A DNA stretch of 64,000 nucleotides from a virus. Its lineage: Duplodnaviria > Caudoviricetes. Below the pieces are notes generated by a model that saw only the letters and a list, made by a program, of their open reading frames with translations, was not told the DNA's origin and ran no database searches. Each line of letters starts with the position of its first letter. Position 1 is the stretch's first letter. A program made the translations under genes and the position numbers. The stretch lies in the IMG/VR virus record IMGVR_UViG_3300020037_004820. One strand, written 5' to 3'. Shown here in pieces: positions 9,842-20,251 of this stretch.

Positions 9842-9885
9842 TGGTGCAAGTGACAGAATTCTGTCACAGGATTCTGTCAAGTGCA
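9842..9885 (-). pseudogene. Scrambled 3' remnant of a disrupted tRNA-Gly
   Basis: Ends CACTTGC-A-CCA, complementary to GCAAGTG of the 5' half at 10385-10426; T-arm fragments gaatcctgt/gaattctgt are duplicated. Confidence 0.6.
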
Positions 9886-9890
9886 ATTTT

Positions 9891-9964
9891 TGGAGCAGGA
9901 TAGGAGAATCGAACTCCTTTAGCTAGCTTGGAAGGCTAGGTCACAACCAATATGTCAATCCTGC
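9891..9964 (-). tRNA. tRNA-Gly(TCC)
   Basis: GCAGGAT/ATCCTGC, CTAGC-CTTCCAA-GCTAG, U73, CCA. Confidence 0.9.
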
Positions 9965-10355
9965 GTTTATGTGTTCTTTCTCTGTGACAATTTGCACAAA
10001 CTAAATCACATTTTTCAATTTCTTCTAAAAGTTCTTTCTCAGAGCAATGAAAACTTCTACTTCCTATATTAAATTCTTTTTTGGATCTATGATCAAAATC
10101 CATAACATAATATGGGTATTTTCTATTACAGTCTAAACAAGGACTAGCCTCTTTCAATAAAATCAATAACTCTCTAATTTTTGCTCTATAGTCTTTAACT
10201 TGAGTGGAAATTTTATCCACATTTTTTCTATAATGTTCTTTTCTTAGAATTTTTTGACAACTTCTACATTGAGACTGTAGACCATCTGGTCTTCTTTTAT
10301 TTCGAGCAAAGGATTCTTCTGCTTTATCTAGCTTACAGCTATAACAATTTTTCAT
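9936..10355 (-). CDS. HNH homing-type endonuclease; its 3' end overlaps tRNA-Gly
   Basis: CxxC...CxxC Zn motifs, MDFDH, KCDLVCANCHRERTH. Confidence 0.85.
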   Translation of the reverse strand: MKNCYSCKLDKAEESFARNKRRPDGLQSQCRSCQKILRKEHYRKNVDKISTQVKDYRAKIRELLILLKEASPCLDCNRKYPYYVMDFDHRSKKEFNIGSRSFHCSEKELLEEIEKCDLVCANCHRERTHKRRIDILVVT

Positions 10356-10384
10356 ACTATAAGTAGTATCTTCCAGATTTTTTA

Positions 10385-10426
10385 TGATTGGAAGTCAGGC
10401 TCCTTAAACCGCTCAATCACACTTGC
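10385..10426 (-). pseudogene. 5' half of a disrupted tRNA-Gly(TCC)
   Basis: GCAAGTG-TG-D region (GAGCGGTTTAAG)-CCTGA-CT-TCC-AA-TCA, then truncated at the HNH leader. Confidence 0.65.
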
Positions 10427-10648
10427 ATTTTGTTTTACTTATCAGTAGGTCCTTGACGGACCAAAATTATACAATCTTTCTTCCAGATATATGCACCATT
10501 ATCAACAGTAGTTTTACAAATAATTACAAATTGTGGGTCAGTTATATCATCAACTACAGTTGATTGATTGCCAACTGCGCAACTTGAGATAAATAGTACA
10601 GTAGAGGCAATTATTCCACTAATCAATTTTTTAAGCATATTTTCCTTT

Positions 10649-10726
<78 letters not shown>

Positions 10727-10739
10727 ATATTTATGTTTC

Positions 10740-10817
10740 TGGTCTAGCAATAAAAGGACTCGAACCTTTAACGACCCAATTATGATTCGGGTGCTCTACC
10801 TATTGAGCTATATTGCC
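10740..10817 (-). tRNA. tRNA-Met(CAT)
   Basis: GGCAATA/TATTGCT, AT-CAT-AA loop; CCA displaced by 2 nt. Confidence 0.8.
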
Positions 10818-10857
10818 ATTTTATATATGTAAGACTAATTAGTCTAGGGAACAATCA

Positions 10858-11115
10858 ATGAACTATTTAAAAGGCGGCAAAGGGGATAATCATTCTTTTA
10901 CAGAATTTGATCATAAAGAAGTACAAATTGGTATAAGAGTTGAATCAGAACATGTAACAGATTTGGATAAAATCTTAGAAATTGTTGTAGATCATCTATC
11001 GGATAATCCAACATATTATAGTGAATTATGTCAATCCGGTTTAGTAGATGAACCTTCTGCTATGAAGGTGTATAATAAACTTTTTAAGGAAAATAGAATA
11101 ATTTTTCAATGGTGA
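10858..11115 (+). CDS. Small phage protein, DUF5661-like
   Basis: LKGGKGD..GIRVESEH..EIVVDHLSDNPTYYSEL motif; opposite strand to its neighbours. Confidence 0.55.
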   Translation: MNYLKGGKGDNHSFTEFDHKEVQIGIRVESEHVTDLDKILEIVVDHLSDNPTYYSELCQSGLVDEPSAMKVYNKLFKENRIIFQW

Positions 11116-11116
11116 A

Positions 11117-11192
11117 TGGTGGCTTCTGTCAGTTTCGAGCTGACCTATCAAGTTCTTCAAACTTGCGCTTTCACCAGATTAGCTTAGAAGCC
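11117..11192 (-). tRNA. tRNA-Phe(GAA)
   Basis: GGCTTCT/AGAAGCC, CAAGT-TTGAAGA-ACTTG, ACCA. Confidence 0.85.
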
Positions 11193-11215
11193 ATACATAA
11201 GTAGTATAAGATTTT

Positions 11216-11256
11216 TGAAAAGACGCTATTGCATCTCCTACAATAGCGTCTTTTCA
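11216..11256. terminator. Intrinsic terminator after the GC-rich early gene
   Basis: tgaaaagacgctattg/caatagcgtcttttca inverted repeat. Confidence 0.7.
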
Positions 11257-11264
11257 ACTATTGA

Positions 11265-11558
11265 TTAGAGAGTCGCCAACTTATCTGCGGCAAGAGCATC
11301 AATCTGACTTTGATCGACCAGAATACCTGTAAAGTTGTTACGCGGTTTACCCGTGGTCAACTTAATTACAGTGTCGGCATTCGCAATGGGTACAACAATG
11401 CGCTTAAGCGCACGAGAAGCATCCACGTCTTTGCTGGTTTTAGTCAGCAAAGTAACGGAATCCGAACTAACGTCGAAAATCCATGCCTTATCGCCGGCGA
11501 GCGCGCCACCAAAATCAGTAGCGAGTTGGCAGTTTCTGCCTTTGTTCCAAGTTTTCAT
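11265..11558 (-). CDS. GC-rich monocistronic hypothetical protein (probable early gene)
   Basis: GAGG RBS, own promoter (TTGACA-16-TATAGG at ~11606-11633) and own terminator. Confidence 0.65.
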   Translation of the reverse strand: MKTWNKGRNCQLATDFGGALAGDKAWIFDVSSDSVTLLTKTSKDVDASRALKRIVVPIANADTVIKLTTGKPRNNFTGILVDQSQIDALAADKLATL

Positions 11559-11720
11559 GTTTTCCTCTGTTCTTTGTATTTTTTCGAACCGTTGCTCGAT
11601 ACCCACCTATAAGCTCGGCCGGTCGGTTGTCAAGGGCCTATGCGTCAATTGGCTAGCCGGTCGACCCCAACCAATACAAAACCAAGGTATAGACTACTTA
11701 CACAATCTATACCTTGGTTT

Positions 11721-12941
11721 TTAGGCATCATCTGTCCCGTCATTTTCCGTATTAAGCGAGATATCTACTTCTCCTTCAATTTCTTGATGATCAGTAGTTT
11801 CATCATTTGCTTCTTTCATGGAATATTCAGGATTAATAATCTTGATTTTCTTTCTATTTAGAGTCAACAAATCGTCATTCTTAACAACTATACCTTCTCT
11901 AACTTTTTGAGTTGGAGCAAATATAGAGTCTCCTGCAACGAAACTTTCTGCTATTTCTTTATTCCATTTTCCTTGATACAGGATAGGAACAAATTGTAAA
12001 CCTAAATTATCACAAAAGGTCTGTGCTTCTTCCAAAGAAAGCCATTTCTGATCATTTTCTGTTTGGAATAGAACGTCAAATATTACTAATCCTTTTTGTC
12101 CTTCTTCTAAACCATAATGGTAACCTTTCTGAATATCTGGCCCATAAATTTCTCCGTAAAGAACATACCCAGGAAATTCCTTAAGTTTGCGCTTTAGATC
12201 GAATCTATGACACATTTGTGCATAAATATCCGAACCATACCATGTAGGTGATTTAGATCTCTTTTGTCTTTGTACAGTATTGCTACCGTAACAGAATTCA
12301 TAGGCAGACGTTATATGCAGGAACTTTTTGATTTTTTCCCAAAGAGTTACTGGCTCATTTGGCAAATAACCTGCGCGCCAGTTCGATCCATGAATTTTTT
12401 CCGAAATCCATACAATGTTTTCTTCGGAAAACGCATGTGGTTCCCATTTAATATTGGTGCAACCATTGTATTCTTTGAAATACTGATTGGTCTTCGGTTT
12501 ATTGCGAACCTTTGGAGCATTTTGATCCTTTGGTTGATTTGCAACAAAAGAAGGAGGATAGTATTTTACTACATCCAGTTCATCTGCAATATCAACGTCT
12601 TGAAGAATATATCCAAGATTGCAAAGTTTAGCAATCTCATCAAAAGGAGCAATCATACCTTGCGATACGAATTTTTGAATTCTACAAGCACGAATACGAG
12701 CTTTAGTAAGCTTAATTTTAGCATCAATCGGGAAAAGATAATTTTCAATCTTCGCAGGAAGGATAGAATTAATAGGTAGATAAATAACTATATCTCCTAC
12801 TTTATATTGTCCTTTACCAACAACAACTTGAAAGCCATATACAGTTGCAATTTCTAATCTAAGAACAGTAGGGTTGGGATGAGGAGTTATTTCTAATATA
12901 GAAGTTTTGCATACTTTAAAATTAGGGTCTTTTATCTTCAT
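11721..12941 (-). CDS. RNA ligase, DRB0094/Rnl2-like, with N-terminal OB fold
   Basis: EKIHGSN (motif I), YGEIYG, IFDV, REGIVVK, KIINPEY. Confidence 0.85.
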   Translation of the reverse strand: MKIKDPNFKVCKTSILEITPHPNPTVLRLEIATVYGFQVVVGKGQYKVGDIVIYLPINSILPAKIENYLFPIDAKIKLTKARIRACRIQKFVSQGMIAPFDEIAKLCNLGYILQDVDIADELDVVKYYPPSFVANQPKDQNAPKVRNKPKTNQYFKEYNGCTNIKWEPHAFSEENIVWISEKIHGSNWRAGYLPNEPVTLWEKIKKFLHITSAYEFCYGSNTVQRQKRSKSPTWYGSDIYAQMCHRFDLKRKLKEFPGYVLYGEIYGPDIQKGYHYGLEEGQKGLVIFDVLFQTENDQKWLSLEEAQTFCDNLGLQFVPILYQGKWNKEIAESFVAGDSIFAPTQKVREGIVVKNDDLLTLNRKKIKIINPEYSMKEANDETTDHQEIEGEVDISLNTENDGTDDA

Positions 12942-13494
12942 TTTCTTTCCTTATTATTTCAATATATACTTGTTTGATCCAAGTATAAAATTCTTCTTTA
13001 GACATTTCTAGTTTGCCACGATTACATCGTTCGCAACAAGTGACACAATTTTCAATTGTATAGCCTTTGGTATTATCTACTCGATCTATTCCATTATATG
13101 TAAAAGTTCCATTATGTTTAATGATTTTAACAATATTTTCTGGAATAGCTAAACAATAGATACAATTGGAAATAACTAATTTTCTAAATTGATCTTTAGT
13201 TAAAGAGAATTCTAAGTTTTTTAAAATTGCTCTTGATCTATATCTTGAATATAATGAATTAAAAGATGCTTCACCTTTAGGGAGGCATCTTTTAGATCCA
13301 ACTGCATGTAATTTATGATAACATCCACAAGAAATCGTCTGATTTCGATCAACAGATCGTTTTAATATAACTTTTTCTTTTGAACATTTACATAAATAAA
13401 GCCAATATTCGTGATCTCTATCTTTTTTGTTATCTCTATATTCAAAAAATCTAAGTGGAGTTAACCATGATTCAATCTTATTTTTGGGCAGCAT
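12922..13494 (-). CDS. HNH-type endonuclease
   Basis: WLYLCKCS..SCGC, CIYC, GIDRVDNTKGYTIENCVTCCERCN. Confidence 0.8.
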   Translation of the reverse strand: MLPKNKIESWLTPLRFFEYRDNKKDRDHEYWLYLCKCSKEKVILKRSVDRNQTISCGCYHKLHAVGSKRCLPKGEASFNSLYSRYRSRAILKNLEFSLTKDQFRKLVISNCIYCLAIPENIVKIIKHNGTFTYNGIDRVDNTKGYTIENCVTCCERCNRGKLEMSKEEFYTWIKQVYIEIIRKENEDKRP

Positions 13495-13563
13495 GTTATA
13501 AATAGTACTAAAATTCTATTCTGCCTGTTTATTTTTCGTCTTCTTTAGGAAGTATCGTTGTTA

Positions 13564-14094
13564 TCATTTGGCCTCAAAGTAATCTGCCAGTAATCTTTTA
13601 AAGATGGATAGATGAAGAGTCAATTCATCATCTGTCATTTTATCTAAATCTTTACCAGCCGTTGTTCGGACTTCTAAATGAGCAATATCAGGAGCAAAAG
13701 GCTCCTCATTTATCATTATTGTGTATGTTTCTTCATTTGGTATAACCGCGTGCCAAGTAAGAGGATTAACAATCGCATAACTAGAATATTTCTCTAAATT
13801 AAATTCTGCAACAGATTGTTGATCTGAAACTCTATTGAAAGAATAGCCCACGCGCATTCTATATGAACCGTGTAATATAATAAATGCTCCAGGCCAAGGA
13901 TGAGGATGATCAAATGCTTCGTGTGTGGAGCATTCATCAAATTTATGAAGACAAACTCTTAATCCATTTGGAAGAATGGTCCAAACTCTATATGTAAAAG
14001 GTTTTCGTTTATTAATTTCTAAACTTTGCCATATAGATGGATCATATAATAATTTAGGAAGCTCAGATAATACAGAACGTAATTTGTCTAACAT
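13564..14094 (-). CDS. Cupin-fold protein
   Basis: HPHPW...GSY...WHAV cupin metal motif. Confidence 0.55.
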   Translation of the reverse strand: MLDKLRSVLSELPKLLYDPSIWQSLEINKRKPFTYRVWTILPNGLRVCLHKFDECSTHEAFDHPHPWPGAFIILHGSYRMRVGYSFNRVSDQQSVAEFNLEKYSSYAIVNPLTWHAVIPNEETYTIMINEEPFAPDIAHLEVRTTAGKDLDKMTDDELTLHLSIFKRLLADYFEAK

Positions 14095-14636
14095 ATTTAT
14101 CCTCTAGCGAGATACATATTCATTATACTGTTCATCTACTTCATATTTGTCATACTCTGGACCAAAATCTTCATTTGCTTCTTGAAGCACAGCTTCTTTG
14201 CAATCATTGCAAGAACATGGACAATTTTCATCTTCTGAGCAAAACTCTTGATTATCTTCATCTAGAGTTTCATCATGTTCGCAATTTTTACCATAGCAAT
14301 GGTGAACAATTTCATCACGAGGATTAGGTCCAAAACGTGGATTGTCATGGGGAGAAGTATAGGGATATCCCATATTAACCTTCTTGTTCTTTAATGAGTT
14401 GTTCCAACAACATGAACAATTCGCTTTCTTTTTCTCCAGCTTCCGTAAAAGCTGTTTCAACTTCTATTTTCAGTTTACCCATTAGAACATTAAATGGCAT
14501 CCATTCGATAAGATCTGTTATACCTGCTCCTCTAACTGCTATTGCTCTTTCTTCAAGAGTAGCAACTAGATACTTATTATAACTATTTTTAAATGCTTTA
14601 TAAGCTTCGATTATTTCGGATAGTGTATTCATTAGT

Positions 14637-15284
14637 TTATCCCAGTTTATTTGGAACTATAGTTTCGGTTGTCCAATGTTCAGAAGTTTGAACATGTCCT
14701 TCTCGGACATATTTCGCTATATTAGCTTCTGAATCTTCGTATTTGAATCCTGCGAAGTTGCGCACAACAAACCCTTCCACTTCATCACTTCTTTTAGCTT
14801 TATATGAAGCATATAAAGAATTCAATGAATCAGGAATAGGCATTGGTCCCCTATAAATAACAGGAACCGTTCGTAAATTTACGAGAGAGCACCAAAGTTC
14901 AGTAGTTTCCCAATCCAAACAAGTATTGGTATCATCCCAGATGCTAAATACAAGCAAATAAGATTTGAGCGATTTATAATGGATGGAATGTTTCGCATAC
15001 ATATTTTCTGCGCAAACTCTCCATCCATTAGGAAACTCATGTGCTACTTTCTTCCAGATAGCTTTTGCGTAATTTCTGGACGCATGATTGTTAGAATCTA
15101 GTGATCTAGCATGAGCATGACCATCGGAATATCCTGTAAAATTTTCACCATCCATTTTTTCGGTGATAACTACAGATTCCATCTTATATAGATGGCTTTC
15201 TGATTCGAGCTTTTTATCGTCATTAGTACACCCCGGAGAAGTTAGCAAATGAGGTGTTCTAAAATACTTGATTCTTTCAGACAT
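14637..15284 (-). CDS. Short ATP-dependent RNA ligase family protein
   Basis: KYFRTPHL, TEKMDGENFT, ENMYAKHSIHY, EGFVVR, AKYVR. Confidence 0.8.
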   Translation of the reverse strand: MSERIKYFRTPHLLTSPGCTNDDKKLESESHLYKMESVVITEKMDGENFTGYSDGHAHARSLDSNNHASRNYAKAIWKKVAHEFPNGWRVCAENMYAKHSIHYKSLKSYLLVFSIWDDTNTCLDWETTELWCSLVNLRTVPVIYRGPMPIPDSLNSLYASYKAKRSDEVEGFVVRNFAGFKYEDSEANIAKYVREGHVQTSEHWTTETIVPNKLG

Positions 15285-15342
15285 ATCCGTCCTTAATGGA
15301 ATAGTGATGGTTCACTAGAACATAGGCACGGCCTTGGATATG

Positions 15343-15801
15343 TCAAGCCTCGGCAGGCGGCCCAGCGCTTAATATAACTTCTGTACCTGTTTCTTTTAAC
15401 GTTTTGCCATATAAATGATCTATTTCATGTTGAGCAATAATAGCCCATCTATCTCTAAATATTTTCTTTTTCTTCTTAAATTGTTCATCACGATATATTA
15501 CAGTTATTTTCTTAGAACGATTGACTGTAAAAGCAAGTCCAGCAATTGATAGACAAGATTCGTAAGAAGCTATCTTCTCTTCGGAGGAAGAAACTATAAC
15601 TGGATTAATCATTATACCGAAATCACGTATCCATATTAGAGAATATGATAATCCAGTTTGTGGAGCTGCTAAACCAACTGCTTTTTCTTGATATCGTTTG
15701 ATTAACTCTTTAAAATGAGGAAGAAATTTTTTCGCAGTTTCTTTATCTGGAATAGAAACTGCAATTTCGTTTAATATTTTATTTGGCCATTGTAAAATCA
15801 T
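15343..15801 (-). CDS. def: Peptide deformylase
   Basis: GLAAPQ, ESCLS, QHEIDH motifs. Confidence 0.9.
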   Translation of the reverse strand: MILQWPNKILNEIAVSIPDKETAKKFLPHFKELIKRYQEKAVGLAAPQTGLSYSLIWIRDFGIMINPVIVSSSEEKIASYESCLSIAGLAFTVNRSKKITVIYRDEQFKKKKKIFRDRWAIIAQHEIDHLYGKTLKETGTEVILSAGPPAEA

Positions 15802-16299
15802 TTTCTATATCCTTTTTGAATTTTTCGGCGCCCTTTTAAAGAAGCTTCTTTTGCAACAGCTACCAGTGCAACTATAGCTATAATTGCTAAAAACAGAGCT
15901 ATACCTATCCATAAAGGACATAAAACCCAAACCCAACTCCAATCTATTATACCTGCTAATTTAAACGCAATAAATAAAATTGCGAGCAAACCTGTGAAAC
16001 CTATACCTTTCATCTTAACTCCTTTTCCCACGAAATGTGGAAATAATCTGGACCATTTTCTGTATCCCAAATGGATACAACATAATTTTTCTCTGTTAAA
16101 ATTTCTATAATCATATTTGTAACACTTTTTTCCGAAGGACAATTATAATTGTTATAATGGAATTTACCTTGCTTATGTTGTTGATGTATTCCTCCGGTAA
16201 TATTTTCTATATGCTTTAAAGCATCCGTCAAGTCTATACATTTTTTAATAGACTTGGTTTTCTTATTTAACTCTATTGCATCTGGTAATATAGTTTCTA

Positions 16300-16944
16300 T
16301 CATAGAGATACTCTCTGTTTACTTGTAAAGGTTAGAATAACAGTTGGTTCAACTATTTTATCTTGTTTTTGTTTTGGAATATAATGTTTCCAAAACTGTT
16401 GAGTTTCATTCATCATATATATAACCGTATTCATTCCTATGACAAATGGTACAGTTTCTCCAGTTTTAATATGTTCAAAAATTATTTTTCGAGGTTGTCC
16501 AAAGAATATCATTGCTATAGTAGATTCTTTTACTATTTCAGGTTCCTTAAATGAACGAGAAGGTATACTTTGAAGTCCATTAGCTAATTTTTCCACTAAA
16601 ACGTTTGTGTAAGACGTAAAATTATCACCACGAGAGCGATCGAATGATTCTATCACTGATTTAATTCTAGAAAACTGCGTATCATGTCCCCAAGACATTG
16701 GAACATAGCGTATACCATTGTGATCAGTATATTCGCCTTCATCAAGTCCATAATAACAAGATGTATTAGGGATTACTAGTCTTTCCCCATTTTTTACTGT
16801 AAAAGAGCGTTCTGCAAAAGGAAGAGTTCTTAATAAGATATTTAGATAAGACCGAGCACTTACCATTACATTGCTAATTTTACAAGCATCACCATCTTTA
16901 GGAAGAATATTAATTGAATTGAAATTTCTACTCGAAGTCGCCAT
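16300..16944 (-). CDS. AlkB/2OG-Fe(II) oxygenase-like protein lacking the HxD metal motif
   Basis: IAMIFFGQPRKIIF, MMNETQQFWKHYIPK and ILTF resemble the AlkB fold; expected H-x-D reads R-S-F. Confidence 0.55.
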   Translation of the reverse strand: MATSSRNFNSINILPKDGDACKISNVMVSARSYLNILLRTLPFAERSFTVKNGERLVIPNTSCYYGLDEGEYTDHNGIRYVPMSWGHDTQFSRIKSVIESFDRSRGDNFTSYTNVLVEKLANGLQSIPSRSFKEPEIVKESTIAMIFFGQPRKIIFEHIKTGETVPFVIGMNTVIYMMNETQQFWKHYIPKQKQDKIVEPTVILTFTSKQRVSL

Positions 16945-17761
16945 TTGTATTAAATTCCTTAAAGGACATATTTTCTATTGATTCAATCAAAGCATTGACA
17001 TCACACGCATAAAAGCCTGATGAATTTATACAATTTACTTCTATGATTTTGTAGCCATTTGGAGTATCTGCAACATCCAAGACAAAGGCTCTATCAGGGC
17101 AATATTCCCAAATACGTTTATGCACGAAATATCGGAGATCATCATCTATAAAATCATTTCTAGCAACAACTTTATTACCTAATTTATATAGGGAAGATGC
17201 TGCAATTTTTTGATTAACAATAAAGAAACGATATTCTTTATAAATTTCTTTAACAGAAGATACAAGTATCTCAGTATTTTCATCTAATGAAGTATAAGTA
17301 TCTCTTAGTTTAATAACCTTTTTTTGCCAAATCTTGAACTGCTCCCATGAGCTTATATGCCCCGCGAACGACTTGTCATCGTGAATCGGTCGTATAAAAA
17401 AAGGTTCATATGACGGTTTGCTTAAATCTCCAAATTTGGCGAATATGTTATCATAATTAAGCATATGTTCCCCCCAATTTATTTGGTGGATATACATATC
17501 AAAATTGTTATTAATAAAAACGCCAGGAGTCCATCCTTTCTTTTTTGCTATTTTAACAAGTGTGGTTCCTCCACAAACATATATAGGAACATCTTTAGGA
17601 GGTGACCAGTTTTCATCAACCTCATTGTTTTCATCTGCAATTTCATCTGCAAAAGGAATGACTTTTACAATTGAATAAGGAATAGATGCATGATCTAAAC
17701 ATTCTACAAAATATGTAAATTGTTGCTCATTCCAAAGATTATTCTGAATCACCCAGAACAT
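16928..17761 (-). CDS. ATP-grasp protein (DUF4343/R2K-like)
   Basis: FFIRP..KSFAG, EYRFFIV, FVLDVA, KIIEVNCINSSGFY. Confidence 0.75.
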   Translation of the reverse strand: MFWVIQNNLWNEQQFTYFVECLDHASIPYSIVKVIPFADEIADENNEVDENWSPPKDVPIYVCGGTTLVKIAKKKGWTPGVFINNNFDMYIHQINWGEHMLNYDNIFAKFGDLSKPSYEPFFIRPIHDDKSFAGHISSWEQFKIWQKKVIKLRDTYTSLDENTEILVSSVKEIYKEYRFFIVNQKIAASSLYKLGNKVVARNDFIDDDLRYFVHKRIWEYCPDRAFVLDVADTPNGYKIIEVNCINSSGFYACDVNALIESIENMSFKEFNTNGDFE

Positions 17762-18493
17762 TAGGGTTACTCCTATTTACTACTTCTTTAATGGTATCTG
17801 CTAAAGCTTTAAGCCCACGTTGCGTATCAACATGATATGATCCGCAAGCTAATCCTTTATACCATTCGCGCGGAGAAGGACAACCACAATGTCCAGCAAC
17901 TCTAACTTCTTGACCAAATTCCGCATGAAGTTTTTCAGCAACTTCAACTTCTATACCAGGACCTTTACATATCCAATAATACCATGCTCTATCAAAAGAC
18001 CATCCATGTAAAGAACCTACAATAATTGTATGAACTTCTGATTCTTTCCTATTTCTCATAAATTCAGGTAATTTACAAATTGGAATACCTGCATCTTCTA
18101 ATTCTTTAGAAATCTCTGCATCTTTATCAAAGAATCCTGCGTAGTTATTCATATTTTTGCTTAAGCCTTTCGAATTCTTTACGTTCTAACTCTTCTTTTT
18201 CTAGAAGTTTTTTCTGCTGCTGCTCTAATTTTTCAGCTAATAATATTTCTTTTTTCTCTAATTCTATTTGAAGCCATAAAGGGTCCCAAGCGTATGATAA
18301 AGGGATATATACAGACCAAACGTCTCCATATCTATTAAGACATTTGCATTGAAATTCTTCAGTGTCTCTATCTAATAAAACATCTGTTATAAATTCTCCA
18401 TGTTTCTCTTCCCATTGGATATTAGGATGGGAATATGCAATTGTCTTTATATAGGATAAGATATGTCCGTAATCTGTTATAATTGAAAGAACT

Positions 18494-18928
18494 CTAGATT
18501 TTTCCATTTTTTCTTTCCTCTTTATGAAAATCACATAAAGTTTTTACCCAAAATCCGTCTGACGTAGAAGATGCAGGTTTGCCACACTCTTCACATGTTA
18601 TATACGAATTTGACTCAGCATTCATAACCTTTATATTAAGGTTTTGCAGAAATTCTGTTCGTTTATTAAACGAGTTCAAATCTTCTTCAATCATCATATA
18701 AGGATGATTGTCATCCCCCAACCGTTGATCCATTTTCCAATAATAGCGGAGTCCTCCAAATTTTTCTTTAATTTGAACGATTTCGAAATGATCTGGAGGA
18801 TTTAATTCTAAAATAGCTTGTGATAAATCACGAATTATATAGAACCATCCATCTCCACAAGAAATATAACGCAAATTACTTAAAAAAGGAAATTTTTCCT
18901 TAAGGAATTCGAATAGATCTTTGTTCAT
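18494..18928 (-). CDS. Conserved phage hypothetical protein
   Basis: CGDGW, QIKEKFGGLRYY, TCEECG..WVKTLC. Confidence 0.6.
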   Translation of the reverse strand: MNKDLFEFLKEKFPFLSNLRYISCGDGWFYIIRDLSQAILELNPPDHFEIVQIKEKFGGLRYYWKMDQRLGDDNHPYMMIEEDLNSFNKRTEFLQNLNIKVMNAESNSYITCEECGKPASSTSDGFWVKTLCDFHKEERKNGKI

Positions 18929-19122
18929 AAATTAAACCATCCTTTTATAGACTGCATGCCATTTTATGTCATCCAAAAAAACTGTTAGTGAGTATATCGA
19001 AGGATTATTTTTAAATATGTCTAGAATAGTTTCTGGAACCATATCGATTTGAATTGGACAGAAGGAAGGTTTAAAATTGATATCAGAATAGCAAGAAGTT
19101 GGATAAAATGCTGCCCAGATTT

Positions 19123-20112
19123 TCATTCTTCTTCTCCATCAATTTCTTCCAATAATTCAGATTCATCTTCCCCATAATAATCTTTATACCATTGTATTTT
19201 TTCTTTTAACAACTTAGTTGTCAACTCTGACAATTCTAACAGTTCATGGAAATTATGTTGTTGTGTACCATAAAAAGTTGGCATAAGGAGTTTATGTAGA
19301 CTATTAAGATTATAAGTAAAGTTATAAAGTTCTACATATTTAGGTGTCCATGTTTCATCAAATTCCATTACACTAAGAAAATTATGTTCTCTAGGAGAGC
19401 ATCTTCCTAATATGTTTTTATACTCAAAATCAAAGTCGAATTCAAACACTCGTGTGTAAAAATCAACTGATTTTTGGTCATCATTAGCTTTAGCTGTTTC
19501 TAACTCTTTTTTATGCTTAATTTTCTTTCGAAGCATTTCAGAAAAGAAATTTATACCTTCAAGATAATATTTTGCCTGATACTCATAAGTTGTATCCATT
19601 TTAGGAGTCTTTATTAAATGTTGATATATTTCTAACTGAATGTCTGTATGTGTAATGATTTTACACATTTCATAATTCAGGGGTTTATCGCCTTTCCACC
19701 ATGATGAAGTTTGCAAATCATATTCATCATATGGTTCGCCAGCTTCTTTAGCTTTTAGCGCTTTTTCTGGTTTTTCAAAACCATATATATACCAACGATC
19801 GTCATTGGATATAGTATTAGCTAAAACATCAATTGATACGCCGAAGAACTTTTCGAGCATTTCAACGTTTTTGTCACGTTTAATATTTTCAATATGCCCA
19901 TAATCTCCGTATTCTCCAATAATTGCAAATCCAAAAGGAACATACATTGCATAGCAAGCATCATTGCTTACAAGTGGAGCTTTCTCTTTAAAAAAGTTAC
20001 GAGAATCCCAATCAGAATATAACCGTTTTGGCAAAATAAAAAACCTGGCAATTGGATCGCCAGGTGTAATATTCATTCCAGTTATTGAGCAAAGAACATC
20101 GAAACTTCCCAT
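19123..20112 (-). CDS. Hypothetical protein
   Basis: 329-aa ORF with RBS; starts MGSFDVLCSIT. Confidence 0.6.
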   Translation of the reverse strand: MGSFDVLCSITGMNITPGDPIARFFILPKRLYSDWDSRNFFKEKAPLVSNDACYAMYVPFGFAIIGEYGDYGHIENIKRDKNVEMLEKFFGVSIDVLANTISNDDRWYIYGFEKPEKALKAKEAGEPYDEYDLQTSSWWKGDKPLNYEMCKIITHTDIQLEIYQHLIKTPKMDTTYEYQAKYYLEGINFFSEMLRKKIKHKKELETAKANDDQKSVDFYTRVFEFDFDFEYKNILGRCSPREHNFLSVMEFDETWTPKYVELYNFTYNLNSLHKLLMPTFYGTQQHNFHELLELSELTTKLLKEKIQWYKDYYGEDESELLEEIDGEEE

Positions 20113-20251
20113 TTTTATCGTCCTTACTAAATCACATGACTAGAGCAGCTCTTGCTGTTATACATTTAATTAATGATCTTTTTCTCGATTGTATGTCAAG
20201 AAAAAGATCATGGGGAGATATATCTACTATAAAAGTTAGAGGTTACAAAAA

